Below are positions 26,575-36,454 of a stretch of DNA of 48,167 nucleotides, piece after piece (within the stretch, counting starts at the first letter, position 1; each line of letters begins with the position of its first letter). The position numbers were made by a program, and so were the translations under genes. The stretch lies in IMG/VR virus record IMGVR_UViG_2721755721_000005; one strand, given 5' to 3'. This stretch comes from a virus. Its lineage: Duplodnaviria > Heunggongvirae > Uroviricota > Caudoviricetes. The notes beneath the pieces were generated by a model, which ran no database searches, had not been told where the DNA came from, and saw only the letters and a program-made list of their open reading frames with translations.

Positions 26575-27153
26575 ATGAAGGGGCTTGAGAATGCCATCCG
26601 CAATCTGAACAGCCTTGATACCCATATGGTGCCACAGGCCAGCGCATGGGCGATAAACCGTGTGGCACAGAAAGCGGTCTCGGTTGCCACCCGGCAGGTT
26701 GCCGGGAATACCGTTGCGGGAGATAACCAGGTGAAAGGGATCCCCCTGAAACTGGTACGTCAGCGTGTCCGGGTGTTTAAAGCCAGTCCGTCAGGAAAAA
26801 TGACGGCCAGGATCCGCGTTAACCGGGGCAATCTGCCCGCCATTAAGCTGGGGACAGCCCGGGTCAGACTGGCCCGGCGTGGTGGAAAACTGCAGTACCG
26901 TGGCAGTGTGCTGAAGGTGGGTAAATATCTTTTCCGGGATGCGTTTATTCAGCAACTGGCGAATGGTCGCTGGCATGTGATGCGGCGTATTGATGGCAAA
27001 AATCGTTACCCCATTGATGTGGTGAAAATCCCGCTGTCCGGACCGCTGACACAGGCATTTGAAGATGCCCGCGACCGCATCATTGCTGCGGAAATGCCGA
27101 AACAGCTGGGGTATGCACTGAAACAACAACTGAGGTTATGGCTGACCCGATGA
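26575..27153 (+). CDS. Z: Minor tail protein Z
   Basis: 192 aa; MKGLE...NGRWHVMRRIDGKNRYPIDVVKIP...LGYAL.QQLR closely matches lambda gpZ. Confidence 0.8.
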   Translation: MKGLENAIRNLNSLDTHMVPQASAWAINRVAQKAVSVATRQVAGNTVAGDNQVKGIPLKLVRQRVRVFKASPSGKMTARIRVNRGNLPAIKLGTARVRLARRGGKLQYRGSVLKVGKYLFRDAFIQQLANGRWHVMRRIDGKNRYPIDVVKIPLSGPLTQAFEDARDRIIAAEMPKQLGYALKQQLRLWLTR

Positions 27154-27551
27154 ACCGACATACACAAATCCGCCAGGCCGTACTGGCACGCCTTCGGGAA
27201 CAGTGTGGAGACAGCGCCACGTTTTTTGACGGGCTTCCGGCATTTATTGATGCGCAGGAACTGCCTGCCGTGGCGGTGTGGCTGAGTGATGCTCAGTACA
27301 CCGGAAAAATGACGGATGAAGATGACTGGCAGGCTGTTCTGCATATTGCTGTCTTCATCCGGGCACAGGCACCGGATTCAGAGCTGGATATGTGGATGGA
27401 GAGCACCATTTTCCCGGCTCTGAATGATATACCGGCACTTTCCGGACTCATCGACACCCTGATCCCTCTCGGTTTTAACTATCAACGTGATAATGAGATG
27501 GCCACCTGGGCGATGGCGGAAATCACGTACCAGATCACGTACACGAATTAA
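27150..27551 (+). CDS. U: Minor tail protein U (tail terminator)
   Basis: ATGA overlap with the Z stop; ATFFDG...AVAVWLSDAQYTG...PDSELDMWMES...IPALS matches lambda gpU. Confidence 0.8.
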   Translation: MNRHTQIRQAVLARLREQCGDSATFFDGLPAFIDAQELPAVAVWLSDAQYTGKMTDEDDWQAVLHIAVFIRAQAPDSELDMWMESTIFPALNDIPALSGLIDTLIPLGFNYQRDNEMATWAMAEITYQITYTN

Positions 27552-27556
27552 AGGAG

Positions 27557-28306
27557 GTGGCAATGACCACACCAAATCCACTGGCAAAAACGAAAGGTGC
27601 GGGAACGACGTTCTGGATGTACACCGGCAATGGCGATGCGTTTGCGAACCCTTTATCGGACACTGACTGGCTGCGTCTTGCGATGGTGAAGGATCTGCAA
27701 CCTGGCGAAATGACCGCTGATGCAGAAGATGACACTTATCTCGATGATGAAGATGCAGACTGGAAAACGACAACCCAGGGGCAGAAATCCGTCGGTGATA
27801 CTTCGGCGACGCTGGCCTGGCGTCCGGGTGACAGCGGGCAGAAAAAACTGGTTCAGTTGTTCGACTCCGGTGAAGTCTGCGCGTTTCGTATCAAATATCC
27901 CAACGGCACTGTTGATGTTTTCCGTGGCTGGCTGAGCTCACTGGGTAAAACCATTGCCTCAAAAGACGTGATGACCCGCACAGTGAAAATCAGCGGTGTG
28001 GGGCGTCCGCATCTGGCAGAGGAAGGCACTGAAACAGTGAGCGTTACCGGGCTGACGGTGGCACCGGCATCTGCCAGTGTAAAAGTGGGAGCAACCACCA
28101 CGCTGACCTTTACAGTAAAACCTGACGGAGCCAGTGACAAAGCGATCAGTGTGCATTCGACAGATCCACAGACTGCCACGGTGACCCTGAACGGGCTTGT
28201 GGCCACGGTGAAAGGCGTGAAGCAGGGCAGTGTCAGCATTGTGGGCATGACTTCTGACGGCGATTTTGTGGCCGTGGCTGCGGTGGCTGTCAGCGCCGCA
28301 GGTTAA
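27557..28306 (+). CDS. V: Major tail protein V with C-terminal Ig-like domain
   Basis: 249 aa; lambda gpV-like size and position; C-terminal VSVTGLTVAPASASVKVGATTTLTFTVKPDGASDKAISVHSTDPQTATV is Big_2-like. Confidence 0.85.
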   Translation: MAMTTPNPLAKTKGAGTTFWMYTGNGDAFANPLSDTDWLRLAMVKDLQPGEMTADAEDDTYLDDEDADWKTTTQGQKSVGDTSATLAWRPGDSGQKKLVQLFDSGEVCAFRIKYPNGTVDVFRGWLSSLGKTIASKDVMTRTVKISGVGRPHLAEEGTETVSVTGLTVAPASASVKVGATTTLTFTVKPDGASDKAISVHSTDPQTATVTLNGLVATVKGVKQGSVSIVGMTSDGDFVAVAAVAVSAAG

Positions 28307-28325
28307 CAGGACGATACTCATCATT

Positions 28326-28349
28326 TGCCCCGGTTATCCGGGGCTTTTT
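28326..28349 (+). terminator. Hairpin terminator/attenuator after V
   Basis: GCCCCGG-ttat-CCGGGGC followed by TTTTTT. Confidence 0.5.
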
Positions 28350-28548
28350 TGCAGGTGGAGAACATGATGTTTCTGAAACAGGGCTCGTTTAATTATGAAA
28401 AGCAGTCCGTGGTGCTCAGTGAGCTGTCCGGGCTGCAGAGAATTGAATATCTGGCGTTTGTTCGTAAGCGTAAACTGACCGCCGTATGTAGCCATCAGAC
28501 GAGAATTGGTAACTTAGACGCCCATCTGATATAGACGGACATCTAAGT

Positions 28549-28974
28549 ATGGAATTACAGGACTGGCGAAAAGAACCTCGTAAAAACTATTCGAATGAAT
28601 TCAAACTTCGTATGGTGGAACTGGCATCACAACCTGGAGCTTGTGTTGCACAGATTGCACGTGAAAATGGCGTCAATGATAATGTTATTTTCAAATGGCT
28701 CAGGCTCTGGCAGAACGAAGGGCGTGTTTCGCGGCGTCTTCCGGTAACGACCTCTTCTGACACTGGCGTTGAATTATTACCTGTAGAAATAACGCCGGAT
28801 GAGCAGAAAGAACCTGTGGCGGCCATTGCGCCGTCTTTATCCACTTCCACTCAGACCAGAGTCAGTGCCAGTTCCTGCAAGGTGGAATTCCGTCACGGTA
28901 ACATGACGCTGGAAAATCCATCGCCAGAGCTGCTCACAGTGTTGATCCGTGAACTGACCGGGAGGGGAAGATGA
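28549..28974 (+). CDS. IS66-family accessory protein TnpA (orf1)
   Basis: 141 aa; first ORF of the IS; HTH-like N-terminus. Confidence 0.8.
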   Translation: MELQDWRKEPRKNYSNEFKLRMVELASQPGACVAQIARENGVNDNVIFKWLRLWQNEGRVSRRLPVTTSSDTGVELLPVEITPDEQKEPVAAIAPSLSTSTQTRVSASSCKVEFRHGNMTLENPSPELLTVLIRELTGRGR

Positions 28975-29321
28975 TCTCACTCCCATCAGGTACCCGTATC
29001 TGGCTCGTTGCCGGCGTTACCGATATGCGTAAATCCTTCAACGGACTGGGAGAACAGGTACAACATGTGCTGAATGATAATCCCTTCTCCGGTCACCTGT
29101 TTATCTTCCGTGGCCGACGGGGTGACACCGTCAAAATTCTTTGGGCTGATGCTGATGGTCTGTGCCTGTTCACCAAACGCCTGGAGGAAGGCCAGTTTAT
29201 CTGGCCTGCGGTACGTGACGGCAAGGTATCCATTACCCGCTCGCAACTGGCAATGCTCCTCGATAAGCTGGACTGGCGTCAGCCAAAAACATCCAGCCGT
29301 AACTCACTGACAATGTTGTAA
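28971..29321 (+). CDS. IS66-family accessory protein TnpB (orf2)
   Basis: 116 aa; ATGA overlap with the tnpA stop; MISLPSGTRIWLVAGVTDMRKSFNGL pattern. Confidence 0.8.
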   Translation: MISLPSGTRIWLVAGVTDMRKSFNGLGEQVQHVLNDNPFSGHLFIFRGRRGDTVKILWADADGLCLFTKRLEEGQFIWPAVRDGKVSITRSQLAMLLDKLDWRQPKTSSRNSLTML

Positions 29322-29351
29322 AAAACTCCTGACCGCATTATAAAAACGGTC

Positions 29352-30965
29352 ATGAGTCAGAAATACCTCATTCGCATCGCAGAGCTGGAAAGGTTGCTCT
29401 CTGAGCAGGCTGAAGCCCTCCGTCAGAAAGACCAGCAACTGAGTCTGGTTGAAGAGACGGAAGCCTTCCTGCGCTCTGCACTGACACGTGCCGAAGAAAA
29501 GATCGAAGAAGATGAACGGGAAATAGAACATCTGCGGGCTCAGATAGAAAAACTGCGCCGGATGCTGTTCGGTACCCGTTCTGAAAAACTGCGTCGTGAA
29601 GTTGAACTGGCTGAGGCTCTGCTGAAACAACGTGAACAGGACAGCGATCGTTACAGTGGGCGGGAAGACGATCCTCAGGTTCCCCGCCAGTTGCGACAGT
29701 CGCGCCATCGTCGTCCGTTACCGGCACACCTTCCCCGTGAAATACACCGCCTGGAGCCAGAAGAAAGCTGTTGCCCGGAGTGTGGCGGTGAGCTGGATTA
29801 TCTGGGGGAAGTCAGCGCTGAACAGCTGGAACTGGTGAGCAGTGCCCTGAAAGTGATCCGCACAGAACGGGTAAAAAAAGCCTGTACAAAATGTGACTGT
29901 ATTGTTGAAGCACCGGCGCCGTCCCGCCCGATAGAGCGTGGTATCGCGGGCCCCGGATTACTTGCCCGCGTGTTAACGGGAAAATACTGCGAACATCTGC
30001 CACTGTATCGTCAGAGTGAAATCTTTGCCCGCCAGGGTGTCGAACTGAGCCGGGCCTTACTCTCCAACTGGGTTGACGCGTGCTGCCAGTTAATGACACC
30101 GGTGAATGATGCCCTGTACCGTTATGTAATGAACACCCGCAAGGTTCACACTGATGACACACCGGTAAAGGTACTGGCACCGGGTCAGAAAAAGGCGAAA
30201 ACAGGGCGTATCTGGACGTATGTCCGGGATGATCGCAATGTGGGTTCGTCATCTCCTCCAGCGGTCTGGTTCGCGTACTCGCCGAACCGGCAGGGGAAAC
30301 ACCCGGAGCAACACCTCCGCCCCTTCCGGGGTATCCTGCAGGCGGATGCGTTCACAGGTTACGACAGGTTGTTCAGTGCAGAACGTGAAGGTGGTGCACT
30401 GACAGAAGTTGCGTGCTGGGCCCATGCCCGGCGAAAAATCCACGATGTATACATCAGCAGCAAAAGTGCGACGGCAGAAGAAGCCCTGAAGCGAATCAGT
30501 GAACTGTACGCCATCGAGGATGAAATACGGGGATTACCGGAGTTAGAGCGTCTTGCCGTCAGGCAGCAGCGAAGCAAAGTGTTACTGACGTCGCTGCATG
30601 AATGGATGGTGGAGAAGAATGGTACGCTGTCGAAAAAATCCAGACTGGGCGAAGCGTTCAGCTATGTACTGAATCAGTGGGATGCCCTCTGTTATTACAG
30701 TGATGACGGTCTGGCGGAGGCGGATAATAATGCTGCGGAAAGAGCGCTTCGTGCAGTCTGTCTCGGAAAGAAAAACTTTATGTTCTTTGGCAGCGATCAC
30801 GGCGGCGAGCGTGGAGCACTGTTGTACGGGCTGATCGGCACCTGCCGTCTGAACGGTATCGATCCGGAAGCGTATCTGCGCCATATCCTGAGCGTACTGC
30901 CGGAATGGCCTTCCAACCGAGTTGATGAACTCCTGCCATGGAACGTAGTACTCACCAATAAATAA
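29352..30965 (+). CDS. IS66-family transposase TnpC (orf3)
   Basis: 537 aa; N-terminal leucine-zipper/coiled coil, CPECGG zinc motif, central DDE-type region. Confidence 0.85.
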   Translation: MSQKYLIRIAELERLLSEQAEALRQKDQQLSLVEETEAFLRSALTRAEEKIEEDEREIEHLRAQIEKLRRMLFGTRSEKLRREVELAEALLKQREQDSDRYSGREDDPQVPRQLRQSRHRRPLPAHLPREIHRLEPEESCCPECGGELDYLGEVSAEQLELVSSALKVIRTERVKKACTKCDCIVEAPAPSRPIERGIAGPGLLARVLTGKYCEHLPLYRQSEIFARQGVELSRALLSNWVDACCQLMTPVNDALYRYVMNTRKVHTDDTPVKVLAPGQKKAKTGRIWTYVRDDRNVGSSSPPAVWFAYSPNRQGKHPEQHLRPFRGILQADAFTGYDRLFSAEREGGALTEVACWAHARRKIHDVYISSKSATAEEALKRISELYAIEDEIRGLPELERLAVRQQRSKVLLTSLHEWMVEKNGTLSKKSRLGEAFSYVLNQWDALCYYSDDGLAEADNNAAERALRAVCLGKKNFMFFGSDHGGERGALLYGLIGTCRLNGIDPEAYLRHILSVLPEWPSNRVDELLPWNVVLTNK

Positions 30966-31301
30966 GCGTCAATACGGTGCTCCGTTGACGCTTACGTTTG
31001 TTCAGCAGCGAACGGCAAAGTTTGATGCCGAAGAGGGAGAACTGCCGGAGGCTGAACGACAGATTGCTTTTCTGCGGATGGGGATGGATATCAATGCCTG
31101 GCTGGTTTCCCGCTCACTGTGGAATGCGGAACAGTCTCAGGATGTTGAGACGCTTTGCGCATCCGTTATTACAACATGGTCGTATGATGCCCTGGGAGCG
31201 GGGGCGGAGATGGTTCTGTCGCTGAGCGGTATGGGAGCCATTGAGAATGCCGGGGATTTGGAGCATGAGGTGCTGACGCCGGAAAAGTCCTGACGCGGGA
31301 A

Positions 31302-31631
31302 ATGCAGTTTGTCATGCGGCTTGCCCGGGAGTTCCGGCGGGCAGACTGGCGGCGGATGCTGTCGGAAATGTCGGCCACTGAGCTTGGTGAATGGGGCGAT
31401 TATTTCCAGATGCAGAGCTTCAGTGATGTGTGGATGGATGCGCAGTTTGCCTCGCTGAAGGCATTGATCGTGAGAATGGTGTCCGGTAGCAGTGATGCTG
31501 CGGTGGCTGATTTCAGCCTTTTACCGGAAGAGAACGGGATACCGGAGCGAACGGACGAAGAACTGATGCATCTTGGGGAAGGTATTTCCGGAGGTGTGCG
31601 TTATGGACCAGATAGCCAACCTGGTCATTGA
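31302..31631 (+). CDS. T: gpT segment of the G-T frameshift product (-1 frame relative to G)
   Basis: The frame is open from 31269 and is -1 relative to the G frame; it overlaps the G 3' end across GGAAAAG (31281-31287). Same architecture as the lambda G/GT programmed frameshift. Confidence 0.6.
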   Translation: MQFVMRLAREFRRADWRRMLSEMSATELGEWGDYFQMQSFSDVWMDAQFASLKALIVRMVSGSSDAAVADFSLLPEENGIPERTDEELMHLGEGISGGVRYGPDSQPGH

Positions 31632-34600
31632 TTTGGGGATTGATGCGGCAGAGTTTAAAAATGAAATTCCCCGTATCAAAAACCTTCTGAATGGTGCAGC
31701 CAGCGATGCAGAACGGTCTTCTGCCCGTATGCAGCGTTTTATGGAGCGTCAGACTCAGGCCGCCCGGCAGACAATGCAGGCGGCTTCTTCGGCTGCAACA
31801 GCCGCATCCGTCCATGCGCAGACGGTGGAGAAGAGCGCACAGGCTCATGAACGCATGGCCCGCGAGGTGGAGCAAACCCGCCAGCGTATGGAGGCACTGA
31901 GCCAGAAAATGCGCGAGGAACAGGCGCAGGCCATGGCTCTGGCGGAGGCTCAGGATAAAGCGGCTGCCGCGTTTTATCGTCAGATTGACAGTGTGAAACA
32001 GGCCAGTGCGGGACTGCAGGAATTACAGCGTATTCAGCAGCAGATCCGACAGGCCAGAAACAGTGGCGGGATTGGTCAGCAGGATTATCTGGCGCTGATT
32101 TCTGAGGTTACGGCGAAAACCGGTGTTCTTACGCAGGCTGAGGCAGAGGCTACCCGACAGAAAGTGGCGTTTATCCGTCAGCTTAAAGAGCAGGCAACCC
32201 GCCAGAATCTTTCTTCTTCTGAGTTGCTTCGTGCTAAGGCTGCCCAGCTGGGGGTAAGCAGTGCTGCAGAAGTGTATATCCGCAAAATGGAGCAGGCAGG
32301 AAAAGCCACGCATTCGCTGGGTCTGAAAAGTGCAGCGGCCCGCCAGGAGATAGGCGTTCTGATAGGTGAACTGGCTCGCGGCAATTTAGGTGCGCTGAGG
32401 GGATCCGGGATAACGCTGGCTAACCGTGCCGGATGGATAGACACACTGATGTCACCGAAAGGCATGATGCTGGGCGGGGTTATTGGCGGTATTGCCGCGG
32501 CCGTCTATGGTCTGGGTAAAGCCTGGTATGATGGTCAGAAGGAGGGGGAAGAATTTAACCGCCAGTTGTCGCTGACGGGGCATTATGCCGGAGTCACTGC
32601 CGGGCAGCTGTGGACGCTCAGTCGTGCTATTTCCGGGAATGGTATTACGCAACATGCTGCAGCCGGTGCGCTGGCTCAGGTGGTGGGGAGTGGTGCATTT
32701 CGTGGAAACGATATCGGTATGGTGGCGAGAGCTGCCGCACAGATGGAGCGATCGGTTGGCCAGTCGGTCAGCGATACCATAAATCAGTTTAAGCGGCTGA
32801 AGGATGATCCTGTAAATGCCGCGAAGGCTCTGGACAATGAGCTGCATTTTCTTACTGCCACTCAGCTTGAGCAGATACGCGTCCTTGGGGAACAGGGGCG
32901 GTCCAGTGATGCGGCACGGATAGCCATGTCTGCACTGGCAGAGGAAACCGGTCGGCGTACTGCGGATATTGATAATAACCTCAATGCGCTGGGCAGTACG
33001 CTGAAGTATCTGTCTGATTTATGCAGTCGTTTCTGGGATGCGGCCATGAATATTGGTCGTGAAGACTCGCTGGATGAACAGATTTCCGCTTTACAGGAGA
33101 AAGTGTCGCGGGCGAAAAGACTCCCCTGGACGGCATCATCTTCTCAGGTTGAGTACGATCAGCAGCGTCTTAACGAGCTTCAGGAGAAAAAACGCCAGAA
33201 GGATTTGCAGGATGCAAAAGAGCAGGCAGAGCGGAATTATCAGGAGCAACAGAAACGCCGTAATGCTGAAAATGCTGCACTGAACCGGATGAATGAAACG
33301 GAAGCAGCACGACATCAGCGTGAAATTGCGCGTATTAATTCCATGCAGTACGCCGATCAGGCTGTCAGGGATGCGGCGATACAACGTGAAAATGAACGTT
33401 ACGAGAAAGCCCTGGCATCCGGTAAGAAAAAAACACGCGACCCCCGTAATGATGAGGCCACCCGGTTATTGCTGCAGTACAGTCAGCAACAGGCACAGGT
33501 GGAAGGACAGATTGCTGCTGCCAGACAGTCAGCAGGCATTGCCACGGAAAGGATGACAGAAGCGCATAAACAGCTTCTGGCTCTGCAGCAGCGCATCAGC
33601 GACCTGGACGGGAAAAAACTGACGGCAGATGAAAAGAGTGTGCTGGCCCGTAAAGATGAACTGATTCAGGCACTGACGCTGCTGGATGTAAAACAGCAGG
33701 AGCTTCAGAAACAGACGGCACTCAACGAGCTGAAGAAAAAAACAATTCAGCTGACCAGTCAACTGGCTGAAGAAGAGCGCGCTCAGCGTCAGCAACATGA
33801 CCTGGATATCGCCACGGTGGGTATGGGTGATCAGCAGCGGCAGCGATATCAGGTACAACTGAGTCTTCGCCAGAAATACCAGCAACAGCTGGAGCAGTTG
33901 AGGCGGGATAGTGAGCAGAAAGGAACATATAACACGGATGACTACAGAAAGGCCGAGCAGGCGCTGACGGAGAGCCTGAACCGACAACTGAATGAGAATC
34001 GCCGTTACTGGCAACAGCTTGAAGTTGTGCAGGGTAACTGGAAAAACGGAGTCCTGCGTGCATTTCAGGATTTTACCGTGGATGCAGATAATACGGCAGG
34101 AACAGCAGAACAGGTGTTCTCGTCAGCCTTCAGCAACATGGGAAATGGCCTGGCAACTTTTGTCACTACCGGCAAACTCAATTTCAAATCCTTCACCTCT
34201 TCTGTGCTGTCAGATATGGCGAAAATCCTGGCGCAGGCAACCATGATGAAATCGATAAAAGGGATTGGCAGTGTACTGAGATTTGATCTCAGCAGCCTTT
34301 CCCTGAATGCCAATGGGGGGATTTATCAGTCTGCTGATTTGAGTCGTTACAGTGGCACGGTGGTTAACCGTCCGACGTTTTTTGCTTTTGCAAAAGGCGC
34401 GGGTGTGATGGGGGAAGCGGGACCTGAAGCCATTCTGCCACTGCGTCGTGGTGCTGACGGTAAGCTGGGGGTTGTGGCGGATATTGGTGGTTCAGGTATG
34501 GCGATGTTTGCCCCGCAGTACAACATCGAGATCAATAACGATGGCACGAACGGGCAGATAGGTCCGGCTGCCCTGAAGGTGGTTTATGACCTCGGGAAAA

Positions 34601-34668
34601 AAGCGGCAGCGGACTTTATGCAACAGCAGGCCCGTGATGGTGGTCGGTTAAGTGGAGCATATCGGTAA
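31603..34668 (+). CDS. H: Tail tape-measure protein (gpH-like)
   Basis: About 1020 aa; start MDQIANLVIDLGIDAAEF with GGAGGTG SD; C-terminus ...NNDGTNGQIGPAALKVVYD matches the lambda gpH C-terminus. Confidence 0.85.
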   Translation: MDQIANLVIDLGIDAAEFKNEIPRIKNLLNGAASDAERSSARMQRFMERQTQAARQTMQAASSAATAASVHAQTVEKSAQAHERMAREVEQTRQRMEALSQKMREEQAQAMALAEAQDKAAAAFYRQIDSVKQASAGLQELQRIQQQIRQARNSGGIGQQDYLALISEVTAKTGVLTQAEAEATRQKVAFIRQLKEQATRQNLSSSELLRAKAAQLGVSSAAEVYIRKMEQAGKATHSLGLKSAAARQEIGVLIGELARGNLGALRGSGITLANRAGWIDTLMSPKGMMLGGVIGGIAAAVYGLGKAWYDGQKEGEEFNRQLSLTGHYAGVTAGQLWTLSRAISGNGITQHAAAGALAQVVGSGAFRGNDIGMVARAAAQMERSVGQSVSDTINQFKRLKDDPVNAAKALDNELHFLTATQLEQIRVLGEQGRSSDAARIAMSALAEETGRRTADIDNNLNALGSTLKYLSDLCSRFWDAAMNIGREDSLDEQISALQEKVSRAKRLPWTASSSQVEYDQQRLNELQEKKRQKDLQDAKEQAERNYQEQQKRRNAENAALNRMNETEAARHQREIARINSMQYADQAVRDAAIQRENERYEKALASGKKKTRDPRNDEATRLLLQYSQQQAQVEGQIAAARQSAGIATERMTEAHKQLLALQQRISDLDGKKLTADEKSVLARKDELIQALTLLDVKQQELQKQTALNELKKKTIQLTSQLAEEERAQRQQHDLDIATVGMGDQQRQRYQVQLSLRQKYQQQLEQLRRDSEQKGTYNTDDYRKAEQALTESLNRQLNENRRYWQQLEVVQGNWKNGVLRAFQDFTVDADNTAGTAEQVFSSAFSNMGNGLATFVTTGKLNFKSFTSSVLSDMAKILAQATMMKSIKGIGSVLRFDLSSLSLNANGGIYQSADLSRYSGTVVNRPTFFAFAKGAGVMGEAGPEAILPLRRGADGKLGVVADIGGSGMAMFAPQYNIEINNDGTNGQIGPAALKVVYDLGKKAAADFMQQQARDGGRLSGAYR

Positions 34669-34997
34669 TGGAGACGTTTCACTGGAAAGTGCGCCCGGAT
34701 ATGAATGTGGTATCAGAGCCGAAAGTGGTGACAGTGAAGCTGGGCGATGGTTATGAACAGCGTCGTGCGGCGGGACTGAATAACCAGTTGTCGATTTACA
34801 GCGTGACGATACGTGTTCGTAAATGTGAACACCCATCTTTAAAAGCCTTTCTGGAACGGCACGGTGGCGTCCGCGCATTTCAGTGGACGCCACCTTATGA
34901 CTGGAAGCCGATCAGGGTGGTTTGTCGTAAATGGTCGGCAAGCGTGGGGGCGCTGTGGATAACCATAACGGCAGATTTTGAACAGGTCGTGGCATAG
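34668..34997 (+). CDS. M: Minor tail protein M
   Basis: 109 aa; METFHWKV...WTPPYDWKPIRVVCRKWS matches lambda gpM. Confidence 0.85.
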   Translation: METFHWKVRPDMNVVSEPKVVTVKLGDGYEQRRAAGLNNQLSIYSVTIRVRKCEHPSLKAFLERHGGVRAFQWTPPYDWKPIRVVCRKWSASVGALWITITADFEQVVA

Positions 34998-35006
34998 GAG
35001 GCTCTG

Positions 35007-35705
35007 ATGCAGGATATTCCACAGGAAACACATCATGAGACGACACGCCTCACTCAGTCAGCCCAGGTGGTGCTCTGGGAAATCGATCTGACAGAGGTCG
35101 GTGGTGAACGTTATTTTTTCTGTAATGAGCAGAACGAAAAAGGTGAGCCGGTTACCTGGCAGGGGCGGCAGTATCAGGCATACCCCATTCAGGGGACGGG
35201 ATTTGAACTGAATGGCAAGGGCAGTGCTGCCCGTCCGACACTGACGGTTTCTAACCTGCACGGCATGGTCACCGGGATGGCGGAAGACCTGCAGAGTCTG
35301 GTCGGCGGAACGGTGGTCCGGCGTAAGGTTTACGCCCGTTTTCTGGATGCGGTGAACTTCGTCAACGGAAACAGTGACGCCGATCCGGAGCAGGAGGTGA
35401 TTAGCCGCTGGCGCATCGAGCAGTGCAGCGAACTGAGCGCGGTGAGTGCCTCTTTTGTACTGTCCACGCCGACGGAAACGGACGGTGCCGTTTTTCCGGG
35501 ACGTATCATGCTGGCCAACACCTGCACCTGGACCTATCGCGGTGACGAGTGCGGTTATCACGGTCCGGCGGTCGCGGATGAATATGATCAGCCGACGTCC
35601 GATATCACGAAGGATAAATGCAGCAAATGCCTGAGCGGCTGTAAGTTTCGCAATAACGTCGGCAACTTTGGCGGCTTCCTTTCCATTAACAAACTTTCGC
35701 AGTGA
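35007..35705 (+). CDS. L: Minor tail protein L
   Basis: 232 aa; lambda gpL-like size and position. Confidence 0.85.
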   Translation: MQDIPQETHHETTRLTQSAQVVLWEIDLTEVGGERYFFCNEQNEKGEPVTWQGRQYQAYPIQGTGFELNGKGSAARPTLTVSNLHGMVTGMAEDLQSLVGGTVVRRKVYARFLDAVNFVNGNSDADPEQEVISRWRIEQCSELSAVSASFVLSTPTETDGAVFPGRIMLANTCTWTYRGDECGYHGPAVADEYDQPTSDITKDKCSKCLSGCKFRNNVGNFGGFLSINKLSQ

Positions 35706-36454
35706 ATCCCATGACAGAGACAGAATCAGCGATTCTGGCGCATGCCCGGCGATGTGCGCCAGCGGAGTCGTGCGGCTTCGTGGTGAGAACACCGGAGGGG
35801 GAAAGATATTTTCCCTGCGTGAATATCTCTGGTGAGCCGGAGGCGTATTTCCGGATGTCGCCGGAGGACTGGCTGAGTGCAGAAATGCAGGGAGAGATTG
35901 TGGCGCTGGTCCACAGCCACCCCGGTGGTCTGCCCTGGCTGAGTGAGGCCGACCGGCGGCTGCAGGTGCAGAGTGATTTGCCGTGGTGGCTGGTCTGCCG
36001 GGGGACGATTCATAAGTTCCGCTGTGTGCCGCATCTCACCGGGCGGCGCTTTGAGCACGGTGTGACGGACTGTTACACACTGTTCCGGGATGCTTATCAT
36101 CTGGCGGGGATTGAGATGCCGGACTTTTATCGTGAGGATGACTGGTGGCGTAACGGCCAGAATCTCTATCTGGATAATCTGGAGGCGACGGGGCTGTATC
36201 AGGTGCCGTTGTCAGCGGCACAGCCGGGCGATGTGCTGCTGTGCTGTTTTGGTTCATCAGTGCCGAATCACGCCGCAATTTACTGCGGCGACGGCGAGCT
36301 GCTGCACCATATTCCTGAACAACTGAGCAAACGAGAGAGGTACACCGACAAATGGCAGCGACGCACACACTCCCTCTGGCGTCACCGGGCATGGCACGCA
36401 TCTGCCTTTACGGGGATTTGCAACGATTTGGTCGCCGTATCGACCTTCGTGTGA
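35702..36454 (+). CDS. K: Tail tip assembly protein K (JAB/MPN plus NlpC/P60-like)
   Basis: HSHPGG (JAB-type) and CYTLFRDAYH (NlpC/P60-type Cys) motifs; overlaps L and I. Confidence 0.8.
   Translation: MNPMTETESAILAHARRCAPAESCGFVVRTPEGERYFPCVNISGEPEAYFRMSPEDWLSAEMQGEIVALVHSHPGGLPWLSEADRRLQVQSDLPWWLVCRGTIHKFRCVPHLTGRRFEHGVTDCYTLFRDAYHLAGIEMPDFYREDDWWRNGQNLYLDNLEATGLYQVPLSAAQPGDVLLCCFGSSVPNHAAIYCGDGELLHHIPEQLSKRERYTDKWQRRTHSLWRHRAWHASAFTGICNDLVAVSTFV

Larger units (their letters stand above)
28464..30995 (+). mobile_element. IS66-family insertion sequence (2532 bp) with imperfect terminal inverted repeats and 8-bp target-site duplication GTTTGTTC
   Basis: Left end GTAAGCGTAAACTGACCGCCGTATG; reverse complement of right end GTAAGCGTCAACGGAGCACCGTATTG. 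GTTTGTTC at 28456-28463 and again at 30996-31003. Three ORFs in the canonical tnpA-tnpB-tnpC order. Confidence 0.85.
28366..31293 (+). pseudogene. G: Tail assembly chaperone G, split by an IS66-family insertion (N fragment 28366-28463, C fragment 30996-31293)
   Basis: N fragment MFLKQGSFNYEKQSVVLSELSGLQRIEYLAFV matches lambda gpG and then runs into the IS. Removing 28464-30995 plus one duplication copy restores a continuous frame (...EYLAFVQQRTAKFDAEEGE...). Confidence 0.75.

Noticed and set aside
32023-34014. Several minus-strand ORFs (up to 161 aa) inside the tape-measure gene
   Set aside because: Shadows of the Gln/Ala/Arg-rich coiled-coil coding sequence on the opposite strand.
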